This document shows positions 36,934 through 46,493 of a stretch of 55,121 nt of DNA, piece by piece. Below the pieces are notes generated by a model. That model did no database searches and had not been told where the DNA came from. It worked only from the letters and a program-made list of their open reading frames with translations. Source of the stretch: an uncultured Verrucomicrobiota bacterium (GTDB lineage Bacteria; Verrucomicrobiota; Verrucomicrobiia; Limisphaerales; UBA8199). Each line of letters opens with the position of its first letter. Positions within the stretch are counted from its first letter, which is position 1. Location of the stretch: contig CAYUVH010000013.1 of NCBI GenBank assembly GCA_964448135.1, positions 1 through 55,121 of the forward strand. The letters run 5' to 3'. The position numbers were made by a program, and so were the translations under genes.

Positions 36934-38164
36934 TTGCGGATGTTTTTTCCTTCGCCGGCAATTTCCACCTTCGATGCATCCAGATCCATTGTTCCGGATG
37001 ACGCAAAATTTGCCGTTCGATCATCGCGTTATACGCGCGGGTGTTGAGGCGGATGGCTTCGTTGGTGTCTTCGGACTGAATGAGGGGCAACGGATCTTCG
37101 AAGCGCAGCGTGTGCGTGCCATCCGGATTTCGCCAACTCGCGGCCGGAATCACGGGCGCGCCGGTCCATAGCGCCAGCAGCGCGAGACTTTTGAATGTGC
37201 CGGCGGGCTGGCCGAAGAACTCCACGGCCACGGCCTCGCGCTTCCCCGCGTGTTGATCGAACACAAAAACCACGATGGCGCCCTTCGATAGCAGCTCAAT
37301 GATCTGGTCGAGCGAACCGCGCTTGGCAATGGTGCCGAATCCGGCTTTACGAAACCGGCGCGTGACGAAGTTGTTCAGCAACGCGGGCTTGAGCGGGCGG
37401 CGCACGAAGTGAAACATCCCGTGATATTGTGGAAACAGCGAGAGGCCCACCATGGTCGCAACTTCCCAATTCCCAAAATGCCCCGTGAGCATCAGAAGGC
37501 CTTTTTCGTACGTGTGCGCGCCGATCGGCGACTGCTCATTCTCCACACGGATCAAGGCCTTGCGTTTTTCCTGTGAGAGGAAAGGCATTCGCGCGTATTC
37601 CCACAGAAATCGCACGTAGTGCGCGTAGTAGGCGATGGCGATGCGGCGGATTTCGGTTTCACTCACCGTTTCACCGAACACGCGGCGCAGATTTTCCATC
37701 ACCACTTTCCGGCGAAACGGGAAGAAGTGATACATCAATTTGCCGAACCACGGCGTTTCCGTTTCGATCGGCACGGGCCACGCGATGGCTGAGGCGCTGG
37801 TGTCGGTGTGGGTGAGGGAGATTTTGAGATCGGAGAATCGGTGACGGAGCAGGACCATCCGCGCGGCGTCGCTGCAATCCAACATCGGCGCGCCGTAGGC
37901 ATCGCGGCGCACAAGAAAATCGCGGGGCTCGAGCGTGCCGAGCGCGGTTTCGCGGGGGAAGAGTTTGCAACAGGCTTCCTTGGCGGCGAGGCGCGCGGCG
38001 AGGCTGGCGGCGCGGCCCGGGCCTTCGCCCGCGTCGGACAATTCCGTGGCAGTGAAGAGACCTTCGAGGTCAGCGGATGATTTGCCGTGGAGGAGGCGCT
38101 CCACGCGCGCGATTTCAACGGTGTCCAACCCGCACCGTGCCGGCGGCTCGGGCCCGGAGTTCAT
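36902..38164 (-). CDS. Fusion protein: N-terminal holo-ACP synthase (4'-phosphopantetheinyl transferase, AcpS-type) plus C-terminal lipid A biosynthesis (LpxL/HtrB-type) acyltransferase domain
   Basis: Trimmed to ATG 38164, 2 nt after the upstream ketosynthase stop. N-terminal GLDTVEIARVERLL...AAKEACCKLF...ISLTHTD is AcpS-like. C-terminal LTGHFGNWE...VFVFDQHAGK...FGQPAGTFKSLALLAL is Lip_A_acyltrans-like (the HFGNWE motif of LpxL/LpxM). Confidence 0.7.
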   Translation of the reverse strand: MNSGPEPPARCGLDTVEIARVERLLHGKSSADLEGLFTATELSDAGEGPGRAASLAARLAAKEACCKLFPRETALGTLEPRDFLVRRDAYGAPMLDCSDAARMVLLRHRFSDLKISLTHTDTSASAIAWPVPIETETPWFGKLMYHFFPFRRKVVMENLRRVFGETVSETEIRRIAIAYYAHYVRFLWEYARMPFLSQEKRKALIRVENEQSPIGAHTYEKGLLMLTGHFGNWEVATMVGLSLFPQYHGMFHFVRRPLKPALLNNFVTRRFRKAGFGTIAKRGSLDQIIELLSKGAIVVFVFDQHAGKREAVAVEFFGQPAGTFKSLALLALWTGAPVIPAASWRNPDGTHTLRFEDPLPLIQSEDTNEAIRLNTRAYNAMIERQILRHPEQWIWMHRRWKLPAKEKTSASSSRGNEAPS

Positions 38165-38166
38165 AA

Positions 38167-39468
38167 TTACCGGGCGAGCGGATCGCCCGCGCGCACGAGG
38201 ATGGCCACATTCATGCCGGCGAATCCGCGGCAAACCACCAGCGCGATGTTCGTCCGCGGCGGTTGGGCCTGCGCGGAAACGGGCAGCGGGCTGAGTTCAG
38301 GATCAACTTCCGCGAGAGTGGGAATGCCCGGGACAATGTTTTTGCGGAGCGCGAGCAGCGCCAGCGTGAGATCGAGCAAACCAGAGGCAGCGATGGCGTG
38401 GCCAATACACCACTTGAAACCGGTCACGGGCGGCGGGTTCGCACCGAAGACCGCGCGGATCGCCGCGGCTTCGGAAGCGTCGGAAGCCCGCGTGCCATTT
38501 CCGTGGGCCACGATCATGCCGACCTGCTCGGGCTTCAGGTTTGCGTCCGCGAGCGCAATCTGAATGGCGCGGCGGACGCCGTCGCCATCCGGGCGCACGT
38601 CCACGATGCCGGTGGCTTCAGAAACGCAGCCGAAACCGAGGTATTCGCCGAGCACGGCAGCTCCCCGCTTGCCCGCATCCGGGGCCCGCTCCAAAACCAG
38701 TCCGGCGGCGCCCTCGCCAAAAACCGTGCCGCGACGGCGGCGATCGAAGGGACGCAATGCCTCGGTGTCTAGGAGACCGAAGCGGTGATAATAAAGAACG
38801 GTCTCCGGCTCGATGGGTGCGTCGTGGCCGATGGCGACGGAGCGATCGGCTTCGCCTTCGCGAATGCCGGCTGCGGCTTCCGCAACGGCGAGGGATCCGC
38901 TGACGCACTGGTTCATGATGCAGGCGTTGGGACCTTTGAGGCTGTTCCGAATGCCGACGTGGCAAAGCACGTTGTTCGGCAAATTCTTCAGCAACCACAT
39001 CGGGTTGACGCTGGTCATCGCTTCGCCGCCAAACGCCGGGAGGCTCCCGCCGGCGGCTGTGAAGGCCGGATAGAAATCGTAGCTCGATTGATAAGTGCCG
39101 CCACCAGACCCGACGTAAACTCCGCTGCGATCATTGAAGTGCGCGACATCTGATGCAGGCAGCGCCTGGCGGACGGCGGCAAGCCCGGAGGATTTGACGG
39201 CACTGTCGCCGGCGTAGATGCCAAAGAGGTCCGTGCGCGAAAGGAGTTTGTGGAGCTTGCGGTCTTCGACGAGTTTGCGATTGTCCACGCCTTTGACATC
39301 GGCGGCGACGGTCACGGCCCACTTTGAGGCGTCCCAGGTTCCCATCGCCGAGATCGCCGAGCGTCCGGCGACGACCGCCTCGAAGATTTCCTCCGGAGAA
39401 AGTCCCGCGCCACAGACCGCCCCGGCGCCGGTGAAGACAATCGAATCGGTTGAGGCGACGGAGCTCAT
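38167..39468 (-). CDS. Beta-ketoacyl-ACP synthase family protein (second ketosynthase of a pair)
   Basis: Trimmed to ATG 39468 (ATGA overlap with the upstream ketosynthase stop). Thiolase-fold motifs: Cys region NACIMNQCVSGS, His regions VAHGNGT and GHAIAASG, C-terminal GFAGMN. It is more divergent than the upstream ketosynthase. Confidence 0.75.
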   Translation of the reverse strand: MSSVASTDSIVFTGAGAVCGAGLSPEEIFEAVVAGRSAISAMGTWDASKWAVTVAADVKGVDNRKLVEDRKLHKLLSRTDLFGIYAGDSAVKSSGLAAVRQALPASDVAHFNDRSGVYVGSGGGTYQSSYDFYPAFTAAGGSLPAFGGEAMTSVNPMWLLKNLPNNVLCHVGIRNSLKGPNACIMNQCVSGSLAVAEAAAGIREGEADRSVAIGHDAPIEPETVLYYHRFGLLDTEALRPFDRRRRGTVFGEGAAGLVLERAPDAGKRGAAVLGEYLGFGCVSEATGIVDVRPDGDGVRRAIQIALADANLKPEQVGMIVAHGNGTRASDASEAAAIRAVFGANPPPVTGFKWCIGHAIAASGLLDLTLALLALRKNIVPGIPTLAEVDPELSPLPVSAQAQPPRTNIALVVCRGFAGMNVAILVRAGDPLAR

Positions 39469-40745
39469 GGTTTGCGAAAGGTAAGCGAGCTGTTCGAGCC
39501 GCCGAAGCCGAAGGAGTTCGACATCGCCGCGCGAATGGTCATCGGCTTCGATTGCCCAAGCACCAGGCTCACATCGCACTCCGGATCAGGTTTCTCGACA
39601 TTCGCGCTCACGGGAGCAACGCCATCACGGATGGCCAGCGCACAAACCGCGGCCTCGACCGCACCCGCTGCGGCGATGAGATGGCCCATGCAGCTCTTGG
39701 TGGAACTGACAGCCACCTCGGGAATGCGCGGGGCGAATACTGAGCGCATCGCGGCGCATTCGCTTTTGTCGTTCATCTGCGTCGAGGTGCCGTGGGCGTT
39801 GATGTAGTCCACCTCAGCCATGGTGATACCGGCGTCCGCGAGCGACTGCTGCATCGCCTGGATGGGGCCATCGCCATCGGGAGGCGAATCCGTGATGCGA
39901 TAACTGCTGAGAGAATTTCCGTCGCCGGCGAGTTCGGCGTAGATGTGCGCCTTGCGACGCAACGCGGAATCCCAATCCTCCAGCACGAGAAATCCCGCGC
40001 CTTCGCCCAGCACGAATCCGTTACGGGTGATATCAAAGGGCCGGCTGGCGCGCTCGGGCGTGTCGTTGTCCTTGGAGAGTGCGCCCAACAAGCAGAACGC
40101 GGTGACGCCGACCGGATTCAGCATCGAATCGTATCCGCCCGCGAGCATGAAATCCGCGCGGCCGCGGCGCATGACTTTGAGCGCCGTGCCGATGGCCTGG
40201 CCACCGGAGGCGCAGGCGGTGTGAACCGAAGTGCAATAACCGCGAATGCCAAACCGCTTGGTCAGCATCGCCAGACAGGCGTTCGGCTGACTGCGGCAAA
40301 ATGCGAGGGGATCAGCGATATAGCCGCTGTTGAAGAGCAGGTCGGGATGAAATTCGCCGTCCGCGCCGCAATACTCGTGCACCGCCTGCAGCTCCTGAAA
40401 GTTGACCCCGAACATGCCCGCGCCCACGCTACAACCCCACTTCTCACCATCGTTGCTGCCCGGGCGAACACCTGCATCGCGAAAGGCTTCTTCGGCCGCG
40501 GCGAGCGCAAATCGCTGCGAGCGCCCGGCGTACTTTAGCGTCTTCGCATCGGTGCCCGTCGCGGCAACATCAAACCCCTTCACCTGTCCACCGATACGCA
40601 CCGGGAAACCGCTGGCATCAAATTCCTTGATCGGCCCCAGCCCGCTGCGGCCCGCGCGCAAGGCGGCCCACGTCGTCGGCACGTCGTTGCCGGCCGGGGT
40701 GACCATGCCGATGCCGGTGATGGCGATGCGTCGTCGGGTGCTCAT
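39465..40745 (-). CDS. Beta-ketoacyl-ACP synthase II-like (FabF/FabB family)
   Basis: Trimmed to ATG 40745 (ATGA overlap with the dehydratase stop). IAITGIGMVTP, active-site HTACASGG, INAHGTSTQMND, KSCMGHLIAAAG and C-terminal FGFGGSN. Confidence 0.85.
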   Translation of the reverse strand: MSTRRRIAITGIGMVTPAGNDVPTTWAALRAGRSGLGPIKEFDASGFPVRIGGQVKGFDVAATGTDAKTLKYAGRSQRFALAAAEEAFRDAGVRPGSNDGEKWGCSVGAGMFGVNFQELQAVHEYCGADGEFHPDLLFNSGYIADPLAFCRSQPNACLAMLTKRFGIRGYCTSVHTACASGGQAIGTALKVMRRGRADFMLAGGYDSMLNPVGVTAFCLLGALSKDNDTPERASRPFDITRNGFVLGEGAGFLVLEDWDSALRRKAHIYAELAGDGNSLSSYRITDSPPDGDGPIQAMQQSLADAGITMAEVDYINAHGTSTQMNDKSECAAMRSVFAPRIPEVAVSSTKSCMGHLIAAAGAVEAAVCALAIRDGVAPVSANVEKPDPECDVSLVLGQSKPMTIRAAMSNSFGFGGSNSSLTFRKP

Positions 40746-41587
40746 GTGCGGGTTTCGGGAGTAAGTTGCACGCGCGCGGCGCCGGCGAGTTTTCCGTTGC
40801 TGCGGGCATCCACGGTCAGGGTGGCGGCGCTGCCGTTGACCTCGCGCACGCGCGCTTCCAATTCCAGTTTTTCGCCGGGGGGGATGAAGCTGCGCAGCTT
40901 GACGTCCGATACCCCGCGCAAAGTCCAGCGCAAGCCGGCGGTCGCGGGCGGTGGCAGTTCGGCGGCGAGTTCCGCCGCGAGGCGAAGGTTCGCGTTCATC
41001 AGCAGTGTGCCGGGAAAAACCGGTTTGCGGGGAAAATGATCGCTGAAAAATTCCGCATCCACCGGCACGTGCAACGTCGCGCGCGCGATCTTTCCCGCTT
41101 CGCCGGGCGTGCGATCCAACATCATGGACGGCACGCCGCGAAAGGCACCGGGCGTCGCTCCCGCGCCGCACAATAGTTTGAAGCGTTCACTCACCGCCTG
41201 CGGGTCGTCGAATTCCTCGAGCGGCACCATGGGCCCGACGCAATGTTCCAATCGCACCACCGTCTTGCCATTTACCCTGGCTTCGCCGCCGTAGGCGATG
41301 GCGTCGGATTCGACCGTTTCGAGTTCGGCCGAAAGATCCAGGACTTCGCCGGGTTTGATCGGCGCGAAAAATTCCACGCCGCCAGCCAGCCCGGCCACGG
41401 GGCGGACGGTAAAATTCAATCCCGCCATGGCCGCCCAGGCGGCGAGCTGGCCGACCGCTTCGGCGGCGAGCGAAGGAGTGAAGGAGTCTATGCCCGGCGG
41501 CACCGAGTAAACCCCGCGCACGCGCACACCCGGCTCAAGCAAGGTAATGCGGTCGACAAACGAGAACGCGCGGAAATGTCCGTCCAT
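40742..41587 (-). CDS. Double-hotdog 3-hydroxyacyl-ACP dehydratase-like protein (FabA/FabZ-like)
   Basis: 281 aa. The C-terminal half has the FabZ signature FFSDHFPRKPVFPGTLL. The N-terminal half is a second hotdog-like module. Confidence 0.7.
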   Translation of the reverse strand: MDGHFRAFSFVDRITLLEPGVRVRGVYSVPPGIDSFTPSLAAEAVGQLAAWAAMAGLNFTVRPVAGLAGGVEFFAPIKPGEVLDLSAELETVESDAIAYGGEARVNGKTVVRLEHCVGPMVPLEEFDDPQAVSERFKLLCGAGATPGAFRGVPSMMLDRTPGEAGKIARATLHVPVDAEFFSDHFPRKPVFPGTLLMNANLRLAAELAAELPPPATAGLRWTLRGVSDVKLRSFIPPGEKLELEARVREVNGSAATLTVDARSNGKLAGAARVQLTPETRT

Positions 41588-41611
41588 ACCGGGCTGCGAA
41601 AGCCGGGCCGG

Positions 41612-42049
41612 TCAGGCCGGCTTCGGCGCTTCCGGTGTGGCTTTTTGCTGGCGGATGACGATCTTGCAAAAAGTTTCCGTGGTGAAGAGGCGCGGAATGT
41701 CGGCGACTTTCAACGGGGAGGGAAAGCGGGAGGCGGGCACCTCGCTCAAAAAGGTCTTGAGGCGCTCCAAGCCCTTCTCGGACACGATGCCTTTGCTTTC
41801 GAAATCGGCTTCGGACAACTCGCCGCGGGCTTCCTCGATGATTTTGCCGCGCGGGATCTTGATTTTGAAGGCGCGCTCCAGGCGGAAAATGATGTCGAGA
41901 AAGTCAATGGACTCCGCGCCCAGGTCGTTGATCAACGAGGAATCGAGCTTCACCTTGTCCTCGTCGCAGGCCAGCGCGTCGGCAATCGTCGCGGCCACTT
42001 TGGGAAATACCGCGGCGATTTCAGCTTGTGTAATCGTCATGTTGCTCAT
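41612..42049 (-). CDS. Acyl carrier protein (extended, about 145 aa)
   Basis: Start ATG at 42049, 2 nt after the FabG stop. Phosphopantetheine attachment region LINDLGAESIDFLDIIFRLE (Ser in the DLGA-x-S context). Long C-terminal extension. Confidence 0.7.
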   Translation of the reverse strand: MSNMTITQAEIAAVFPKVAATIADALACDEDKVKLDSSLINDLGAESIDFLDIIFRLERAFKIKIPRGKIIEEARGELSEADFESKGIVSEKGLERLKTFLSEVPASRFPSPLKVADIPRLFTTETFCKIVIRQQKATPEAPKPA

Positions 42050-42053
42050 CTTG

Positions 42054-42818
42054 TTACTCCATTTTGAAGCCGCCGTCCACATGCAAGACCTGTCCCGTAA
42101 TGTAGTTGGCGTATTGCGAGGCCAGGAACCAGACGGCGTAGGCCGGGTCCTCGGGCTCGCCGATTTTACGCAGCAGAATGCGGGAAATCACGGTGTCGCC
42201 GGCGCGTTCGCGGACATCGCGGGACATTTCGGTGGCAATCACACCGGGGGCGACGGCGTTTACCGTGATGCCGCGGGGGGCAAGTTCGACGGCGAGTGAC
42301 CGGGTAAAGGCATTCAATGCGCCTTTGCTGGCGGCGTAATTGGTCTGCCCGCGGCCGCCTTTTTCGCCGGCGACTGAGCTGATATTGATGATCTTGCCTT
42401 TGCGGCGGGAAACCATGAAGGGCACGACGGCGCGGGTGATGTTGAAGGTGCCGATCACATTCGTTTCCATCACGTCGCGGACCTCGGCGTCTTCGAACGC
42501 CGTGAGGGGATTGTCGCGCACGACGCCGGCGTTGTTCACCAACAAATCGATGCGGCCGGTGCGATCGTAGATTTTCTCAGCCAAGGCGGCGCAGGCGGCG
42601 GAATCGCGGAGGTCGAGCAGCTCGGCGGTGACTTTTCCGCCGGGGATGCTGGCGGCGATTTCAGCGGCGGCAGCGGCGTTTTGGCGATAGGTGAAGATGA
42701 TTTCCATGCCGGCCGCGGCGAGGATTTGAACGATGGCGCGGCCGATGCCGCCACTGCCACCGGTGACGATCCCGACCGCTCCCTCCAGGCCGCTGTTCTT
42801 GAGCTCGGGCGCGTTCAT
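42054..42818 (-). CDS. fabG: 3-oxoacyl-ACP reductase (SDR family)
   Basis: TGGSGGIGRA Rossmann motif, NNAG, a catalytic Ser-Tyr-Lys arrangement (SSVAG...YAASK) and PGVIATEM. 254 aa, directly upstream of the ACP. Confidence 0.85.
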   Translation of the reverse strand: MNAPELKNSGLEGAVGIVTGGSGGIGRAIVQILAAAGMEIIFTYRQNAAAAAEIAASIPGGKVTAELLDLRDSAACAALAEKIYDRTGRIDLLVNNAGVVRDNPLTAFEDAEVRDVMETNVIGTFNITRAVVPFMVSRRKGKIINISSVAGEKGGRGQTNYAASKGALNAFTRSLAVELAPRGITVNAVAPGVIATEMSRDVRERAGDTVISRILLRKIGEPEDPAYAVWFLASQYANYITGQVLHVDGGFKME

Positions 42819-43573
42819 GCGGAGATGCAGTAGCCGCCGTCCACGACCAGGGTATGGCCGGTGATCATGGAGGATTCGGGCAGGCAGAGGAGATAGACGG
42901 CGGCGGCGACGTCGTCGGGAGTGAGAGGACGGGCGATGGGGGTGCGGCGCGCGGATTCGGCGAGGAGTTCCTCGCGGTTCGGGAAAAACTTGAGGGCGTC
43001 GGTGTCCACGACGCCGGCACTGACGGCGTTGACGCAGATGCCGTTCATGCGGCCGAGTTCCTGGGCGAGGCTGCGGACCAGGGCTTCGAGGGCGGCTTTG
43101 GAGGCGCCGATGAAGGCGTATTGGGGAATGGCGCGCCAGGCGCCGAGGCTGGAGATGCCGATGATACGGCCGCCGGACGGCATAATGGGCACGGCTTGCT
43201 GCGCGAGGAAGTTCAGCGCGAGGGCGTTGGTTTCCATGCAGCGGCGCCAGTGTTTCTGCGACAGTTCCATCGCCGGTTTCAGGACGCCGATGGCGGCGTT
43301 GCTCACGGCGATGTCCACGCGGTTGAACTGTTTCTTAAATTCGGCGAAGGCTTCGCTGAAGCTTTCGGGGTCGCTGACGTCGGCCTGGACGGCGAGGGCC
43401 TTGCGGCCGAGCTTGCGGATTTGGGCGCAGACCGCTTCGGATTCCTCGTGGCTGTTATGGTACGCGATGGCCACGTCGCAGCCGGCGGAGGCCAGCTTCA
43501 ACGCGGTGGCGCGTCCAATGCCACGGGAACCGCCCGTAATAAACGCAATTTTTCCGGCCAATGGTTCGTTCAT
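42815..43573 (-). CDS. Short-chain dehydrogenase/reductase (FabG/FabL-like, possibly an enoyl- or ketoacyl-ACP reductase)
   Basis: Trimmed to ATG 43573. TGGSRGIGRA, NAA, SSLGA...YAFIGASK. It overlaps the next gene by 4 nt and is the first gene of the lipid cluster. Confidence 0.8.
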   Translation of the reverse strand: MNEPLAGKIAFITGGSRGIGRATALKLASAGCDVAIAYHNSHEESEAVCAQIRKLGRKALAVQADVSDPESFSEAFAEFKKQFNRVDIAVSNAAIGVLKPAMELSQKHWRRCMETNALALNFLAQQAVPIMPSGGRIIGISSLGAWRAIPQYAFIGASKAALEALVRSLAQELGRMNGICVNAVSAGVVDTDALKFFPNREELLAESARRTPIARPLTPDDVAAAVYLLCLPESSMITGHTLVVDGGYCISA

Positions 43574-43877
43574 GAGTCGAATCGGAGCGCAGAAACTGGC
43601 AAAAATCGCGGGAAAAAGCAACCCGGGGCTGGGGGTTCAAGCGAGAATCATGTGAATAAGTTAATGATTCGCAGTGAATTTGTGGTGAAAGCGGCTCCGG
43701 GGGATGATCGGAACAATGGAGACTCGCCACCTTGGCTTCTCCTGGGGAGTGAGCCGGGCGGAATTGCCAAATACTGTAATTGTGGCGGGGAATGGGGATT
43801 ATATCAGGTGATGATATGAATTCGATGGATGAACAGGCGGGCTGTAACTTAAACGGCGCCCTCGGCGTCTGGAAAAC

Positions 43878-46493
43878 ATGATGAAGCCGTTCATGGGTGC
43901 GTTTAGAGCGGTGGTAATTGGAAAGAGGCAAAGGTCGCAGAATTTCCGGCTTTTGCTGGCCGCCGGGGTCATTGCCAGCGCTCAAGCATTGTTCGCCGCA
44001 GAGGTGGCCAACCCGGCCGGCAACACTGATTTCTTCGAGAAGAACATCCGGCCGGTGCTGGTGGATAAATGTTACAAGTGTCACTCGGCGGATTCGGCCA
44101 AGGTGAAGGGCGGGTTGCTGCTGGACAAGCGCGAGGCGAGCCGGCGCGGCGGGGACACCGGGCCGGCGGTGGTGCCGGGGGATTTGAATCGCAGCCTGTT
44201 GATCGGCGCCATTCGTTACACGAACGCGGACCTGGCGATGCCGCCCGAAAAATCCGGCGGAAAATTGCCAGAGGCGGTCATCAAGAATTTTGAGCAATGG
44301 GTGAAGGCGGGCGCGCCTGATCCCCGCGAAGGCGATGCGGCATCCGCCGCGCTCGCGAAAAAATACGATACTTCGACGGCAACCAGTTGGTGGTCGTTCC
44401 AGCCGCTGCACAAAACGACTGCTCCGAAAACGAAGGACAGCAAGTGGCCGCGGACTGACGTGGACCGCTACATTCTCGCGGGATTGCAGGTCAAGGGTTT
44501 GACGCCGGTCGGGGATGCGGACAAGGCGACGTTGCTGCGGCGGGTGTATTTCGATCTCATCGGTTTGCCGCCCACGCCGGCGGAGGCACTGGCTTTTCAA
44601 TCGGACAATGATCCGCAGGCGTTCGCCAAGGTGGTGGACAAGCTGCTGGCGTCGCCGCAATTCGGTGAGACGTGGGGCCGGCACTGGCTGGACGTGGCGC
44701 GTTACGCGGAGTCGAGCGGCAAGGACGCGAATGTGACTTATCCCAACGCGTGGCGGTACCGGGATTATGTGACGGCGTCGTTCAACGAGGACAAGCCTTA
44801 CAATCGTTTCATCCAGGAACAGATTGCGGGCGATTTGCTGCCCACGCACAACGAGCGCGAGCGCGCGACTAATCTAATCGCGACGGGATTCCTGGCGATC
44901 GGCGCGAAGTCGCTGAGCGAGATGAATCCGAAACAGTTCGCGGCGGACCAGGCGGACGAGCAGTTGGACTCGACGTGCCAGGCGGTGATGGGGCTGACGG
45001 TCGGCTGCGCGCGGTGCCACGATCACAAGTTTGATCCGATCTCGCAGAAGAATTACACGGCGCTGGCGGGGATTTTCCTTTCGACGGACACCTATTACGG
45101 CACGGCTGGGGCGGTGCAGGGCCGTAATCAGAGTCCGCTGCTGACGCTGCCGAAGGGGTCCGGGCAACCGATTGTGACCAAAACGCTCACGCCCGCCGAA
45201 TACGCGCGCAAGGAACAGCAACTCGAGGAGCTGACGAAGGAAGTGCGGCAACTATTGCTGGAGCGCGCGCCGGGAAATCAAAATCGGATGCGGGCCTCGT
45301 CGAATGCGATGACGCAGTTCGAGGTCGTGCGCCTATTCACGCAACGTTCGCAATTGAGTGCAGAACTTGCAGGATATGAAACGAACGGGCAGCCGAAGGC
45401 GATGGCGATGGGGGTGCGCGAAAAGCCGACGTATCTGCCGGTCGGGTATCGGCGCGCGTTTTTGGAGAATGGCCAGCGGCCGAATGGATTCGAGAGGATC
45501 GGAGACGCGCCGCTTTTCGTCCGCGGCGACGTGAACAAACCCAGCGACACGGTGCGGCGGGATTTACCGCCCGTCCCGGCGGGAGTGCCGGCCTCGCCGA
45601 TTGCGCGCGGGTCGAGCGGGCGGATGGAACTGGCGCAATGGCTGACCTCGGCGGAAAATCCGCTGACCTCGCGGGTGATGGCGAATCGCGTCTGGCATTG
45701 GCTGTTCGGCCGCGGGCTGGTGGGTTCGGTGGATAATTTCGGCACGAGCGGCGAGCAGCCGACGAATCCTGAATTGCTGGATTATCTCGCGGAGCAATTC
45801 ATTGCGGACGGTTGGTCGGTGAAGAAACTGATTCGCGAGATTGTGTTGAGCCGCACTTATCAACTGGCCAGCACTTACGACGAAACGCGATTCGCCGCTG
45901 ATCCCGACAATCTTTTGCAGTGGCGCCATAATCCGCGGCGGCTCGATGCGGAGGCCATTCGCGATGCGATTCTTTACGCGGCCGAGTCGCTGGACCTGAA
46001 GCCGCCGGCGGGATCGGTCATTGGGCGCGCGGGCGAAGGGCCGATCGGCGGCCCGCGTTTCATGGCGTTGTCCGAGGAGCAGATTGCGCGCGCGGAAGCG
46101 GACACGCGGTCGCTCTACCTGCCGAGCGCGCGGAACCTGCCGCCGGAGGTGCTGGCGGTGTTCGATCTGCCGGACGCGTCGGCGGTGCAGGGCGCGCGCG
46201 AAGTGACGACGGTGCCGACGCAGGCGCTCTTCATGATGAACAGCGATTTGGTTTCCCGGCAGGCGCACAAACTTTCCGCGCGGCTGATCAAGGCGTATCC
46301 GGGCGGCGCGAACGACAAGTTCGACGAGCGGTTCGACCTGGCGTGCTGGATTGTTTTCAACCGGCTGCCGGACGCCCAGGAACGCGCCGCGGCGAAGGAG
46401 TTGACGAAGCATTACCCGGATGACGCGGATTCGGCGTGGCACAGTATTTCGCGGGCGTTGTTTGCGAGCGCGGAGTTTAGGAGTCTGAATTAA
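43878..46493 (+). CDS. DUF1549/DUF1553 protein with N-terminal planctomycete-type cytochrome-c-like domain (PSCyt/PSD family)
   Basis: Signal peptide. CYKCHS (CxxCH) within FFEKNIRPVLVDKCYKCHSAD. Conserved HPFDP-like block RCHDHKFDPISQ. 871 aa. Architecture from memory of PVC genomes. Confidence 0.85.
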   Translation: MMKPFMGAFRAVVIGKRQRSQNFRLLLAAGVIASAQALFAAEVANPAGNTDFFEKNIRPVLVDKCYKCHSADSAKVKGGLLLDKREASRRGGDTGPAVVPGDLNRSLLIGAIRYTNADLAMPPEKSGGKLPEAVIKNFEQWVKAGAPDPREGDAASAALAKKYDTSTATSWWSFQPLHKTTAPKTKDSKWPRTDVDRYILAGLQVKGLTPVGDADKATLLRRVYFDLIGLPPTPAEALAFQSDNDPQAFAKVVDKLLASPQFGETWGRHWLDVARYAESSGKDANVTYPNAWRYRDYVTASFNEDKPYNRFIQEQIAGDLLPTHNERERATNLIATGFLAIGAKSLSEMNPKQFAADQADEQLDSTCQAVMGLTVGCARCHDHKFDPISQKNYTALAGIFLSTDTYYGTAGAVQGRNQSPLLTLPKGSGQPIVTKTLTPAEYARKEQQLEELTKEVRQLLLERAPGNQNRMRASSNAMTQFEVVRLFTQRSQLSAELAGYETNGQPKAMAMGVREKPTYLPVGYRRAFLENGQRPNGFERIGDAPLFVRGDVNKPSDTVRRDLPPVPAGVPASPIARGSSGRMELAQWLTSAENPLTSRVMANRVWHWLFGRGLVGSVDNFGTSGEQPTNPELLDYLAEQFIADGWSVKKLIREIVLSRTYQLASTYDETRFAADPDNLLQWRHNPRRLDAEAIRDAILYAAESLDLKPPAGSVIGRAGEGPIGGPRFMALSEEQIARAEADTRSLYLPSARNLPPEVLAVFDLPDASAVQGAREVTTVPTQALFMMNSDLVSRQAHKLSARLIKAYPGGANDKFDERFDLACWIVFNRLPDAQERAAAKELTKHYPDDADSAWHSISRALFASAEFRSLN

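Noticed and set aside
42854-43819. 321-aa and 244-aa plus-strand ORFs
   Set aside because: Antisense to the SDR gene, whose Rossmann and catalytic motifs are on the minus strand.
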